DNA of 63,140 nucleotides, filler included, from Octopus bimaculoides (Eukaryota): the NCBI RefSeq assembly GCF_001194135.2. It is 4 parts of 4 records of this genome, joined end to end, with 100 filler letters (N's around TTAATTAATTAA, not from the genome) between each part and the next. Parts side by side here need not be neighbours in the genome. Positions count along the whole stretch, not along the records: positions 31,425 to 57,015 come from NC_068988.1; positions 57,116 to 61,793 come from NW_026386598.1; 2 more parts are not named here. One strand, 5' to 3'. Below, one piece after another: positions 46,301 through 60,638 of the stretch (position 1 is the first letter of the stretch; each line of letters begins with the position of its first letter). Position numbers and translations under genes: made by a program. The notes beneath the pieces were generated by a model, which was not told where the DNA came from, made no database searches, and saw nothing but the letters and a program-made list of their open reading frames with translations.

Positions 46301-47792
46301 AAGAAAATATTTACATTATAACAATTAATTAATAATTTGAATGTGTAATTTCAGATTTAAAGACATTTTAATGATTATAAGACTGTCTATTTACTTCTGT
46401 CATGTTTGTGTCATATCTGTGTACTTATATATACATACATATACATATAGATTAAGATACAAGTGGGGATATATAGACCTCAGAAGGATAGAAATATCCA
46501 AGATTAGACTGTTTGAATACCTTATAATGTAGACACAAGGTCTTGTCAATGTGTTAATAAATTTTTATTAATCTTATCTCCATCTTCTCCCTAGGATTTT
46601 ACACACACACACACATCATATTTAAAGCCTTCTGTGTTTGTCCCGTCCAAAAAATCTGTAGAACAAAAAAAGGACACTAACAAGAGTATGCAGCAATTAA
46701 TTTCGTTCTGTCGGAAGAACAGAATTGATTTTCCTTTAATATTTCGGGTAAATCAAAGTTGGTGAACTGGCAGACTCGTTAGCACCCTAGGCAAAATGCT
46801 TAGCCGCATTTCGTCTGCCTTTACGCTCTGAGTTCAAATTCCGCCGAGGTCGTCTTCGCCTTACATCCTTTTAGGGAACGATAAAATAAATACCAGTTGA
46901 GCACTGTTTCAAGCCAATATTTCAGGTAAAGGCTCTCGATCAAAATATTCTAAAAATCATGGATGTTTCTCAGCAGAAAAGCTGTTGTAGTCAAGAGCGA
47001 CAATCCAAAATTGTATTCTGTATGCGCACGCACGAGTACATTACAGGGTATGAGTTTCTCTGTGTACGTATGTGTGCATACAACTTCTCTATATCCTTTC
47101 CCCTCTTATTTTTTTAAATGTATTTGATATAATCTTTTGTGATAGCTCTAATTAATCGTTAATTACGTACAGAGCATACACTGCGGGAAAATATTTCGAC
47201 TAGACAAATGAAAATGTACTGTAAAGTGCACGTGTGCCAATTTTATATCCCTACATACAGACACAAACACGTGCATCTTTTTTGTTTCGGTTTATGTATG
47301 ATTTTCTCTTTTTCTTTTTTAATTTCCCACAGACATTTTTTTATAGCTCTAATTAATACTTAATTAGAAATAAGGCATTCACTGGGTAAAAATACTGTTT
47401 AGACGAATTAAGACTGCCCTGACAAGTACATGTGTGACTATTTTCCATAAATGTGCGTATGAGCACGTGTGTGTGTGTGTATATATATGTATATATATAT
47501 ATATATATATACACCCAAACATACATACATACATACATACACACACATGCGCGTACACGCGCACACACACACACACACACACATTTAAATATGAACTAGA
47601 AGCAGCGCTAGTGTTGTAAACATTATCGATTACGCAAACTCAATGTATATGCTTTGCTTGTTTTGGGGCGAGTTGTCTTCCTTGTCCATAACTTCTTGGT
47701 GTTTTGACATCTTTGAGGGAGTCGTCCTTACCGCACTATCCGCAGCCTACCGACAAACAAGTAACGTACAAACATCTAGTATATGTCGTCGG

Positions 47793-47835
<43 letters not shown>

Positions 47836-48810
47836 NNNNNNNNNNNNNNNNNNNNNNNNNNNNNNNNNNNNNNNNNNNNNNNNNNNNNNNNNNNNNNNNN
47901 NNNNNNNNNNNNNNNNNNNNNNNNNNNNNNNNNNNNNNNNNNNNNNNNNNNNNNNNNNNNNNNNNNNNNNNNNNNNNNNNNNNNNNNNNNNNNNNNNNNN
48001 NNNNNNNNNNNNNNNNNNNNNNNNNNNNNNNNNNNNNNNNNNNNNNNNNNNNNNNNNNNNNNNNNNNNNNNNNNNNNNNNNNNNNNNNNNNNNNNNNNNN
48101 NNNNNNNNNNNNNNNNNNNNNNNNNNNNNNNNNNNNNNNNNNNNNNNNNNNNNNNNNNNNNNNNNNNNNNNNNNNNNNNNNNNNNNNNNNNNNNNNNNNN
48201 NNNNNNNNNNNNNNNNNNNNNNNNNNNNNNNNNNNNNNNNNNNNNNNNNNNNNNNNNNNNNNNNNNNNNNNNNNNNNNNNNNNNNNNNNNNNNNNNNNNN
48301 NNNNNNNNNNNNNNNNNNNNNNNNNNNNNNNNNNNNNNNNNNNNNNNNNNNNNNNNNNNNNNNNNNNNNNNNNNNNNNNNNNNNNNNNNNNNNNNNNNNN
48401 NNNNNNNNNNNNNNNNNNNNNNNNNNNNNNNNNNNNNNNNNNNNNNNNNNNNNNNNNNNNNNNNNNNNNNNNNNNNNNNNNNNNNNNNNNNNNNNNNNNN
48501 NNNNNNNNNNNNNNNNNNNNNNNNNNNNNNNNNNNNNNNTTTGCCACCTTGGAATCCTCTGTGTAGTGGGTTGATCCACTACTCAGGAAGAGACTATTCT
48601 AGAGTACGTTCTGTCTTATCTTCGAAACGTCTAGATAGAATAGAGACAGCTGATGAAGGGATATTCCAAGTGGCTTTCCGTTTTCCTATGTGTTCGTTCC
48701 GTTGTCTGTAGTTTATTGTTCTAACGTCCTGTACCCTGATATGCATATATATACACATGTAGATGTAAGTATGTACATATATGTGTGTATACATGTATAT
48801 ATATTCCTTG

Positions 48811-48851
<41 letters not shown>

Positions 48852-49271
48852 TGATTGGATGCATTCGATGCACGACGATTAAACCATTTATGTTTCAGCT
48901 TCGTGATTAGTTGCGTTAAACTCCTACCATTTCGTGTTAACACAGGTCCTCTTTATTCGACGGTGGACTATGACTCACTCAGATATATAGGTGTGTTCGT
49001 GCGAATACATATATGCAAAATAGTTCATAGATATAATTATTTACACACACGTGTGTGCGCGCGCGCACGTTGTATGTATGTATGTATGTATGTATGTATG
49101 TATGTGTAATTATTTTGATTAATCGGATTATTTCTTCAATCCTAAACCTTTTGTAGAGTTGTTACTCAAGTGTAGTCAACAGTGAATTTGAAATCTGTCT
49201 CTGACTGTCTGTCTGCCTTCTTATCTGTCTGTCTGTCTCTTTCTTTCTTTCTTTCTTTCTCTCTCTCTCTC

Positions 49272-49319
<48 letters not shown>

Positions 49320-49970
49320 ACGCACACTCACATATATACACACACAATCACACTAATAAGAATCAGTTAATAGCAAGTAACATAAAAAAGATGTCATGTG
49401 CGCGCGCGCGTGCATAGTGTATACACACATATATAGGAATGCAAACACGCATATGTTAATGTTTCCAGGGCAAGGCACCTTATTTCTATCAAAAGGGCGA
49501 TGCCTTTTGTAAACATCTCCACTCATTTTACAGCACTTCATCGGTTAAAGTGATGTATTNNNNNNNNNNNNNNNNNNNNNNNNNNNNNNNNNNNNNNNNN
49601 NNNNNNNNNNNNNNNNNNNNNNNNNNNNNNNNNNNNNNNNNNNNNNNNNNNNNNNNNNNNNNNNNNNNNNNNNNNNNNNNNNNNNNNNNNNNNNNNNNNN
49701 NNNNNNNNNNNNNNNNNNNNNNNNNNNNNNNNNNNNNNNNNNNNNNNNNNNNNNNNNNNNNNNNNNNNNNNNNNNNNNNNNNNNNNNNNNNNNNNNNNNN
49801 NNNNNNNNNNNNNNNNNNNNNNNNNNNNNNNNNNNNNNNNNNNNNNNNNNNNNNNNNNNNNNNNNNNNNNNNNNNNNNNNNNNNNNNNNNNNGAGAGAGA
49901 GAGAGAGAGAGCGGACAACATATACATATTTTATACACACACATATGTATATACATATAAATATATTATA

Positions 49971-50132
49971 AAAATTATAATTTAGGGTATCTAAGAGATA
50001 CCACCATGCTTGAAATAGCAGTCAAACCTTGACTCTAAAACCAGATTAAACATTTAATGTGGTTTTAGAGTCAAGGTTTGACAGCTATTTCAAGCATGGT
50101 GATATCTCTTAGATACCCTAAATTATAATTTT
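49971..50132. repeat. Near-perfect fold-back (about 73-bp arms, 16-nt loop)
   Basis: aaaattataatttagggtatctaagag...ctctaaaacca / tggttttagag...ccctaaattataatttt, with 2 mismatches. Confidence 0.9.
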
Positions 50133-50879
50133 AATGATAGTTATTACTTTGAGGTTCTTTATTCCCATGCTGGCCACCTGATAAGATCGGTATTTTAAAT
50201 AACAATCTTATCCTTATTTATATAAATATATTATATAGATGTGTGTGTGTGTGTAAAGATATATATGCGCATACAGGCACACATATATAGTGAAGGCGCG
50301 TGGCTTCGTGGTTAGGCGGATGCACTCACGATTTCCAGCCCGGATTCCAGTTCTTCTTTCGATCAAGGAGGTATGTCGGCCTGCTCGTCTAGGCAGCGGG
50401 GTGTCTTCATTCAAAGAGTAAAACAATGCAAAGAGCATTATGACCAATGATGCTACACAGAGGTCATCAATGCCATTACCTAGTTCCTGGGTGCCTTTCG
50501 TGAAATCTACTCTGTTAAAAACATTGGGGCTAGGTATCTGGTTTGAAAATTAATCGATATATCGACCTGCTTCCTACACAGAGGTCCATTAGCGGATGAG
50601 TGAATCAGGGAGCTTCAACATGGCCACTGAACCTACTGAAAATCTACCAAATCCATAAAATAACATTTTAAGGGCCTCCGTCGGCCAGCAATGACCATGC
50701 ATCTTCACATATATGTGTAGGCTTGGACAAGATATTTTGAAGACAATAAGTTGTTCACACGTGCAAGGTGTCCTCTTTACATACTACGATTGATGTTTAT
50801 TCAAGGGAAAAGCTGCCATAACCTACCACCTGTGCTGCTCCAGGTGTTGCTGTCAGAACGTGAAGAGCTGGAGCAGATA

Positions 50880-51720
50880 TTGTAAGGCATTTCACTCAAC
50901 TTAGTTTTCCACCAATCCCATCATATTCAACAGTCGTTGTCCCAAAAGTTGGATTCCATAATTATACAATTTGGCTAGTTTAGAAGCAAAGAAGTTATTG
51001 CACTCTTTTTCAATCTCAACCACGTTCTTTAACTTCCATCTGTGCAGGAAATGAGCCACGAGTCGGAAAAGGTCCGGACTGTAGACAAGGTGAGGCAGCA
51101 CTTTCAGCCCTTCAAGTTCCTCAAGTTTGCGCTTAGTCACAAAGGCAGCATGTGCGGGGCATTGCTATGCAGTAGGAATGTGCGATTTCGACCGACCAAT
51201 GCCAGGTAACGGGCTTTCAAAACATCATATACTCCCTGCAGTTGTTGATCATAAAGGCTAGCGTTCACAGTATGACCATCTGGGAGAAGCTCAAAGTACA
51301 ACAACCCCTCGAAATTCCACCAAACACACAACATGACCTTCTGTTGAAACCATCCTTCTCTGACAACAGATCCTGAAGCCTGGCTAGAACGAAGTCACTG
51401 ATTGCTCTTATTAGGATTACGAAAATAGATTCATTTTTCCTAACTCAGTTATAATTCGACGCTAAAAATGAGCATCTCGAGTATTTTCCAGCAGTTGTCT
51501 GCAAATGTTCACAAATCGTTGAACCTGGTCATTGGTCAGTTCATGAGGACCTTCTTGACAACATCTGTTCACAAGTCCGAGCTTATGGATGTATCGATTG
51601 ATTCTGAAGGACCAAGTTCTGCCAACAATATACGGGTGCTTGTGTTTGGCCTCATCTTCCACAACAGAAGATCTCCCTGACCTTTATTTGTCTTCAAGGC
51701 TGATGTCGCCTTCTTTGTAA
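50880..51720 (-). mobile_element. mariner-like (DD34D) transposase pseudogene
   Basis: Fragments CQEGPHELT (cf. WVPHEL), MLCVWWNFEGLLYFELLPDGHTVN, LLHSNAPH, LPHLVYSPDL. Confidence 0.9.
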
Positions 51721-53034
51721 TATTTGAACTAGCTTTTTTTTGTCACACGTTCGTTGACAGTTCCTGAGCCTTCCGCATCATTAATTTCTTTTCCCGCTAC
51801 CCTTGCGCCCAGTTCTTTTTTTCCCACAGATAGCGTAATATGGCTTTAATTGTAATTTTTTCACTACTCATTATCAAAGCTGTAAAATAAAGAATAAACA
51901 ATTAGTGTCTATATGTTATGTGTGAAAATAAAGAATAAACAATTTAACAACACTTGCACAAGCTGCATCAAGTTAATGATATAACATGGAAGTACAAGTT
52001 GCCAAAAAATCATCAATAAAACCCCAAAAAACTTTTGACTCAACTTGGTACTATTTTTATCGACTTCAAAAGGATGAAAGACAAAGTTAACCTCAATGGG
52101 ATTTGAACTCAGAGTACAGAGTCGGAAAAATTATCACAAGACTTTTCGTCCTACGTCTTTATAGCTCAGTGGATCGTCTGCTCTGGACTCGTACATTTTC
52201 ATCAATCCTAAAAGGATGAAAAGCCGTGTCAACTTTGACGGGATATGAACTCAGAGTGCAGAAAGTCGGAACAAATATTGCAAAACATCTGGTGTGACCC
52301 ATAATAGTTCTGGGCTGGTATTTTTTATTTTTATAGATCCCGAAATGACAAAAAGTAATCCTAACCGCAACGAGATCTGAAATCGAAGTGTAAAGCCATA
52401 TGACGTGGCAATCAATAGGACACGTCTCTGCTAATTCACCACCCTCAAACCACATCCTACGAATGAAGGAATCAGACTATCGTGATCTTTATAAAACCAT
52501 CTTTTTTCTTTCTTTTATTTGTTTCAGTCATTATACTGCAGCCATACTGGAGCACCATCTTGAAAGGATTTAGCCGAACAAATTGACTCTAGTACTTGGA
52601 TTTTAAATCTGGTCCTTATTCCATCGGTCTCTTTTGCTGAACCACTAGGTTACGGGGTGTTGAACGCGCAGGGGGACTGATCTCAAGATCATATGATTGG
52701 GAAGCAAACTTTATAACCATACAGCCACGCCTGCGCATCGTGTCAGTAAAAGAAAGAAAAAAAAAACCATGTAGTGGTTACAGGTTTCCAACAGACCAAA
52801 CACTAGTTGAGGACATTTTGACTGCAAAAACGTGATAAGGACGTTTCTAATTCGAAGCCGAATTAATGTCTCAGATATCTTTAATCCTAAACCTTCCCAA
52901 TCAAGTAGATCTAGGATTAAAGTATTACTACACATATATGGTGAGTTTTCCATTTTCGTCTCCAAATCTCGGATGTTCTGCAACGGATTATAAATCTCTT
53001 TTTCTATTCTTCTGACATTGATGTAAAAGGAGAA

Positions 53035-53079
<45 letters not shown>

Positions 53080-53697
53080 CGAGTGAGATAGAGAGAGAAC
53101 GAGTGAGAGATAGAAAGGAAGAGAGAGAGAGAGAGAGAGACAGAGAAAGAGAGAGAGGGAGACAGAGATAGAGTTTACTAATATAATCTTTCAGAGTTTG
53201 TATTCACTTCAGAGATCTGGGAATAGATACCTGATTTTCCATTCGGTTAGACGCAACCCTGGATACATTCCAACGTTCACCAAAGTTCATGGTTAAATGT
53301 CTGTGAGGAATAATCACATATTTTAACCGAACGATTAGTTTACTAATATAATCTATAAAATGATGAAAGCATAAACAAGCAAACTGACGTTTAAAATATT
53401 TTCAATTATATTTGTCAAAACATTGGAAAATGCCCTGGTTTCAAATGCTTTCAATTTTCTCGAAATTATTCACATGTTGCAATTCTTGAATGTCAGCTGG
53501 ATAATGTCAATAATTATTGGAATATACACACGGACACGCAAACACATGCACAATCATTAGGATACACACACACATACATACATTCATACATACATACATA
53601 CATACATACATACATACATACATACGCACTCGCACACCCACTCACGCATACACACACGCAGTGAGGGAGAGATAGAGAGATAGAGATAGATAGATAG

Positions 53698-53731
<34 letters not shown>

Positions 53732-54515
53732 AAGAAANNNNNNNNNNNNNNNNNNNNNNNNNNNNNNNNNNNNNNNNNNNNNNNNNNNNNNNNNNNNNNN
53801 NNNNNNNNNNNNNNNNNNNNNNNNNNNNNNNNNNNNNNNNNNNNNNNNNNNNNNNNNNNNNNNNNNNNNNNNNNNNNNNNNNNNNNNNNNNNNNNNNNNN
53901 NNNNNNNNNNNNNNNNNNNNNNNNNNNNTGGTGTACCTACAAAAAACTTTTCACACGCACACGTGTGTGTGTGCGTGCGTGCGCGCCTGTGTGTGTATTA
54001 TATGTGTGTATGTGTGTGTGTGTGTGCGTGTGTGTCTAGTTAATTATATCATCAAGTAGAAATTAAGATGTTCCCAGCTCTGTTGCACGAAGCGACAACT
54101 TATAGTTTGATACAGAAGCCTAAAAAGCATTACAATAAATATTGGTTTCAAATTTTGACACAAGGCCAGCAATTTCGGAGAAGGGCGTAAGTCGATTACA
54201 TCGACCCCAGTAATCAACTAGTACTTATTTTATCGACCCCAAAAGGATGAAAGGCAAAGTCCGCCTCGGCGGAATTTGAAATCGGAACGTAAAGAAGGGC
54301 GAAATGCCGCTGAACATTTTGCCCAGCGTGCTAACTAACGATTCTACCAGCTCGTCGCCTTGCAAATACAATAAATATTAAGATATCGGATAAATTGGGA
54401 ATATATGAATATTATTCACATAAATCGCAATGTAAATTATCGACACTAATTAGAATTGTCAGAATACTGTTAAAAAAAGGAAGCTACTATAGAAACATAA
54501 AGTGAAACTCTAGAG

Positions 54516-54674
54516 CAGTCACGGGCAAAATGCGGCCCGCGTGACTTTCTGAATGGCACGCTCAATTTCATGAAGAAAATAACATACCCGTCATTTTCTT
54601 TTAGTACTGTGGCCGGCCTTCTAATGAACCATGTCTCATGCAGCCTGCTTCTTGAGAACGTTTGCCCAAGCCTG
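54516..54674. mobile_element. hAT/Charlie-type MITE
   Basis: TIR cagtcacgggcaaa / tttgcccaagcctg; perfect TSD CTCTAGAG (54508-54515 and 54675-54682), the typical Charlie target. Confidence 0.85.
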
Positions 54675-54978
54675 CTCTAGAGTTAACTTTTGGAAATTAT
54701 TTACCACAAGGTTTAATAAGAAAACCGGTATTTTCCAGAGGTCACTTTTACAATGATTTAAAATAAGTATGTTACTGCAGTTCTATTGAGGAAACATGTT
54801 GGATATGAAGGAGAAAACAGATATCAGAGACAACTGTATCTACAAAACTATCTCTATGTATTATTTGCTCTTTGGTTAGTTATACAAATTTTGTTTGCTT
54901 TCGTCTTACAGAAAAAGCTTCAAATTCCCTTCGAGTTCAAACAATTCTTACACGTACACACGCACGCACACACATGTA

Positions 54979-55042
<64 letters not shown>

Positions 55043-55614
55043 AGTGTAATCTTTACTCTGAATCAATATATTTTAACTAGATTTAATAATCTACAGCAGC
55101 TGGCGTATTTGACAACCTGATAATGACAGGTTCACTTCCAATGTTAATAAACTAACAGATATATGATTATACAGATATATATACAGATATATATACAGAT
55201 ATATATACAGATATATGATTATACATATACACATGCATAACCCCTACAAGAAGGATCGATCAACGTAATTGATTTTCTTCTTGAACTTCTGTAGGTTAAG
55301 CCATATACTCTCAACAATTAGCCAGAGATGATTTTTAAAATGAGAATATCTGAAATAAATTCAACTGATCTCACAAACAAGAATACTAAAAATGAACCGA
55401 TCGCTCTCAAAAATTAACCCATTACCTCCCATAATTCTATTAACTGGAATTTTTTTTTAATGAAACTTTGATTTCTAGCATAAAACAACCTTCGAAACAC
55501 GTTGGAATGATTAAAATAACATTTCAAAATAACATTTTAAATAGAAATAAGCGAGATATTGGGTGAAAAATTAGCAAACCTAATTTGAATATCAGAGAAA
55601 TATACCTAGTAGAT

Positions 55615-55921
55615 GACGTGAAGGCGCAAGGGCCCAGTGGTTAGGGCAGCGGACTCGCGGTCATAGGATCGCGGTTTCGATTCCCAGACCGGACCCTGCT
55701 GTACTCTTTCTTTCACTCTTACTTCCTGTTTCTGTTGTGCCTGTAATTCAAAGGGTCAGCCTTGTCACATTCTGTGTCACGCTGAATCTCCCCGAGAACT
55801 ACGTTAAGGGTACACGTGTGTGTGGAGTGCTCAGCCACTTGCACGTTAATTTCACGAGCTGGCTGTTCCGTTGATCAGATCAACTGGAACCCTCGACGTC
55901 GTAAGCGACGGAGTGCCAACA
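55615..55921 (+). mobile_element. tRNA-derived SINE (internally deleted)
   Basis: Same head and body as the 32136 copy; TSD ACCTAGTAGAT (55604-55614 and 55922-55932). Confidence 0.85.
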
Positions 55922-55989
55922 ACCTAGTAGATATAGCAAAAAGGTTAGATATGTGTAAATATTGACAGATAATTACGAAATTTGTAATT

Positions 55990-56250
55990 TTTAAGTGATC
56001 TCATATAAGATCACTGGTAGGTAATAGTTTAAGTAAAAAATAATAAAAAAACGGAAATAATCCAGAACCCTTATCTGATACCGGATCGATCTCCAAATCT
56101 AATCAGTTCGTGCCAGTCATGAGGCCAAATATCTCTGAAAGTTTCATCCGAATCCACCCAACGGTTCTTGAGATATCTTGTCCACGGACAAACAAACAAG
56201 CAAACACGGCTTAAACAATACCTCCGCCCTTGCGAGGGTGGAGGTAACTA
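55990..56250 (+). mobile_element. Non-autonomous Helentron/DINE-like element remnant
   Basis: Short internal tandem (caaa)n followed by an 11-bp 3' stem-loop acctccgccct-tgcg-agggtggaggt (56220-56245), the architecture typical of DINE/HINE elements. Confidence 0.45.
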
Positions 56251-57372
56251 GAGACGGTATTCCAGTCGTTTTGAAAATGTCGCATGATGGTTTGCTTGAG
56301 CAAATTTTTATCAGAGAAATAATCAAAGAATGTCTTTTGGGAACCAACGAAAAATATTTATTTTATTAAACCAGTTGAAAAAAAAAAAAAAAAAGAAAAG
56401 TCCAGTTTATAATTATAATATGCTTGTGTTATTTTAAATAATGACATTAAAATAGAGAATTAGCGAGAATGTCGGACCTTGACCTAAGGTCAATAACAAA
56501 GATATATCATTACCTGACAGTGGTGAACTTTGTAGCAAATAAATAAATAAATATTTATCACATTAAGTATCACCTGTTTCGTTCGTAATAAAGTTGCGTG
56601 GCTATCTGTCTGTCTGTCTCTCTGTATGTATGTATGTTTCGCATATATGTGCGAATATTTCTAAGTATGTGTGTGCATGTGTGTATGTGTATGTGTTTGT
56701 TTGTTTGTTTGTTTGTTTGTTTGTGTGTGTGTGTGTGTGTGTGCATTCCAAAGTTTAACATATTTCTGATGGGAGCCGGATACAATTTGACGATTGTCAT
56801 TCGAAAAGGAAATCATTCAAAAAATCGTTGAAAAGGAAATCGTTCCTATTATCATAGACTTAGTGTCGGCATGGCACCTATTGCTTCTTTTCTTTCATTT
56901 TCAATTAAATTGTTATACTCTGCTTCTCTGTTGTTTTGCTTATTTTATTTTTCTTGTAACCGACTAGTGCTTTTCATTTATCCTAAATAGATTTATGATT
57001 TTGGCTTTTTCTATCNNNNNNNNNNNNNNNNNNNNNNNNNNNNNNNNNNNNNNNNNNNNTTAATTAATTAANNNNNNNNNNNNNNNNNNNNNNNNNNNNN
57101 NNNNNNNNNNNNNNNTATTCAGAGACCTTTTGGGCGGGATGGGCTACTCGACCTGAAGAAAATTCTAACTGGGCCCCACTTGCGGGGTCATGCACTGTTT
57201 ATCTTGATATGAGATCACCATGTCGCGCACATATGGTTGTGATACATGTGCCTGGTGTACCCTTGTCAGACAGGTAGTCATGATGGGTATATTGGGCTTC
57301 GTATATTTTACCCCAACGTCACTTTGATGGCATGCACTGCTCTCTCACTCAATAATAATAATAATAATAATG

Positions 57373-57423
<51 letters not shown>

Positions 57424-57854
57424 GTTTCAAATTTTGGAACAAGGCCAGTAATTTCGAGGGAGGGTATAAGTCGATTACATCGACCCCAGTACTCAACTGG
57501 TACTTATTTTATAGATCCCGAAAGAATGAAAGGTAAAGTCGACCTCGGCGGAATTTGAACTCAAAACGGTGTACTAATGATTCTGCCTGCTGGCGACTTT
57601 GATGTAATTAGATATATTACGAGTATTATCTAAACGTTCTACCTGTACACTCATCCACCATTCCTGAGCGAGTATCGTTTGCTTATATGTATCCTGCTTT
57701 CGCTATTTATGTTAGGTTCTTTAGCAATCGCGGTCAGTCCTCAAGATTATTGACATTATTGAGTATTTTCTTCCATCGTGTGAATGTGTGTGTATGTGTG
57801 TTTGTGCGTGTGTGTGTCGTTTGATACTTCTTTTTCTTTCTTTTATCCTTTACT

Positions 57855-58280
57855 TTTTTCAGTCATCCCACTGCGGCCATGCTGGAGCACCAACTTGAAG
57901 GGTTTTAGTCAAAAGAATCGACCTCAGTACTTATCCTATTAAAGCCTGGTACTTATTCAATCGGTCTTTCTTTTTGTTGTTGTTGACGAACAGTTAAGTC
58001 ACAGGGGTGTAAACAAACCAACACCGGTTGTCGAGTGGTGGGGTACAAACATAGACAGAAAGGCACATACGCATAAGTATATACTCACATGCCTATTCGC
58101 ATGTATACAAACACATATACATGACGGGCTTCTTTTAGTTTCCACAATCCAAATTCACTCACAAGAATGTTGTCGACTCAAAGTAATTGTAGAAGACACT
58201 GGCCCAAGGTGCCACAACGTAGGACTGAACCTGGAACCATGTTGTTCGGAAGCAAATTTCTTACCACAGAGCCATGCCTG
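57855..58280 (-). mobile_element. tRNA-derived SINE (second family)
   Basis: Colinear with 43400-43755. Confidence 0.75.
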
Positions 58281-59373
58281 TTTAAATTTGTTTAACATGA
58301 ATTCACACACACGCGCACATGCGGACACTTACGCCCTCACACTTACATACACACTCTTTCTCCGTCTTTCTCTCTCTCTCCCTCAATCTCTTTCACTATG
58401 TATATATATNNNNNNNNNNNNNNNNNNNNNNNNNNNNNNNNNNNNNNNNNNNNNNNNNNNNNNNNNNNNNNNNNNNNNNNNNNNNNNNNNNNNNNNNNNN
58501 NNNNNNNNNNNNNNNNNNNNNNNNNNNNNNNNNNNNNNNNNNNNNNNNNNNNNNNNNNNNNNNNNNNNNNNNNNNNNNNNNNNNNNNNNNNNNNNNNNNN
58601 NNNNNNNNNNNNNNNNNNNNNNNNNNNNNNNNNNNNNNNNNNNNNNNNNNNNNNNNNNNNNNNNNNNNNNNNNNNNNNNNNNNNNNNNNNNNNNNNNNNN
58701 NNNNNNNNNNNNNNNNNNNNNNNNNNNNNNNNNNNNNNNNNNNNNNNNNNNNNNNNNNNNNNNNNNNNNNNNNNNNNNNNNNNNNNNNNNNNNNNNNNNN
58801 NNNNNNNNNNNNNNNNNNNNNNNNNNNNNNNNNNNNNNNNNNNNNNNNNNNNNNNNNNNNNNNNNNNNNNNNNNNNNNNNNNNNNNNNNNNNNNNNNNNN
58901 NNNNNNNNNNNNNNNNNNNNNNNNNNNNNNNNNNNNNNNNNNNNNNNNNNNNNNNNNNNNNNNNNNNNNNNNNNNNNNNNNNNNNNNNNNNNNNNNNNNN
59001 NNNNNNNNNNNNNNNNNNNNNNNNNNNNNNNNNNNNNNNNNNNNNNNNNNNNNNNNNNNNNNNNNNNNNNNNNNNNNNNNNNNNNNNNNNNNNNNNNNNN
59101 NNNNNNNNNNNNNNNNNNNNNNNNNNNNNNNNNNNNNNNNNNNNNNNNNNNNNNNNNNNNNNNNNNNNNNNNNNNNNNNNNNNNNNNNNNNNNNNNNNNN
59201 NNNNNNNNNNNNNNNNNNNNNNNNNNNNNNNNNNNNNNNNNNNNNNNNNNNNNNNNNNNNNNNNNNNNNNNNNNNNNNNNNNNNNNNNNNNNNNNNNNNN
59301 NNNNNNNNNNNNNNNNNNNNNNNNNNNNNNNNNNNNNNNNNNNNNNNNNNNNNNNNNNNNNNNNNNNNNNNNN

Positions 59374-59405
<32 letters not shown>

Positions 59406-59499
59406 CATGTTTTCAATGCCTTTTTTCTTACATTTCTTTTGGGTTTTTTGTTTGTTTGTTGTTTTTGGTGGGGAGGACGGTGGCGTTGGTTTGTTTTAA

Positions 59500-60146
59500 C
59501 TGTTTGTTTATCGCTATCCACATCATCATCATTCAAGTCGACATCGGTGTCATCGTTTGTCGCCGCCATTATCGTCATCATCTTCGACGCCATCATCGTC
59601 ATCATCATCATCATCATCATCATTTTTTCATCATAATCATCATAGTCATCACCATTGTTATTGTTTGTATAATTTTATTACTCTTTCCCTACACACATAT
59701 ATATACATATATACAAATACACACACACACACATATATACATACGTATATATATGCGTATATATATATATATATATATATATGCGTANNNNNNNNNNGTT
59801 TTTATTTGTATATAAATGTTTATTTTTATTTATTTTCGTTCTTGCGTGTTTTATTCCATTTTCATTTTCTTTTTTTTTTGTTTTCGGCGATTTAAAAAAC
59901 AATTTTTTTCTTTTTTTTTTTGCTTTTGTCATCAACATCATCATCAACATCATCATCAACATGTACCACCACCACCAACAACAACAACAACAACAGTAGT
60001 ATAATCAACATCATCAACACTCTCGCCATCATCGTCATCAATATCATCATCATCATCAGTACCACCATTACCATCATCATCATCATCATCATAACCATTA
60101 CGATCGTTATCATCTACATCACTACATAACATTCACCGCCATGAAC

Positions 60147-60178
<32 letters not shown>

Positions 60179-60300
60179 ATTCGCCATCATTATCATCATA
60201 ATCATCATTTTATTATTATATCTGTATTCGTATTCGTATTAACATTCTACTTCTAAAACTTTGTCGTTTCTTCTTCCTCTTCTTTTTCTCCTCCTCCTCT

Positions 60301-60332
<32 letters not shown>

Positions 60333-60470
60333 TTCTTCTTCTTCTTCTCCTCCTTCTTCTTCTTCCTCTTCTTCTTCTTCTTCCTCTTCTTCTTCTTCTC
60401 CTCCTCCTTCTTCTTCTTCTTCTTCTTCTTCTTCTTCTCCTCCTCCTCCTCCTTCTTCTTCTTCTTCTTC

Positions 60471-60526
<56 letters not shown>

Positions 60527-60569
60527 TTTATCATTATTATTATCATCATCGTCATCATCATCATCATCA

Positions 60570-60600
<31 letters not shown>

Positions 60601-60638
60601 CATTGTTATTATTATCATTATTATTGTTAATCTCGTTT
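59500..60638. repeat. Compound trinucleotide microsatellites (CAT)n, (CAA)n, (CTT)n, (ATT)n
   Basis: Direct reading; source of the poly-amino-acid ORF artefacts. Confidence 0.95.

Noticed and set aside
57016-57115. TTAATTAATTAA flanked by 44 Ns on each side (also at 31325 and 61794)
   Set aside because: Identical 100-bp six-frame-stop linker in three places: a scaffolding artefact
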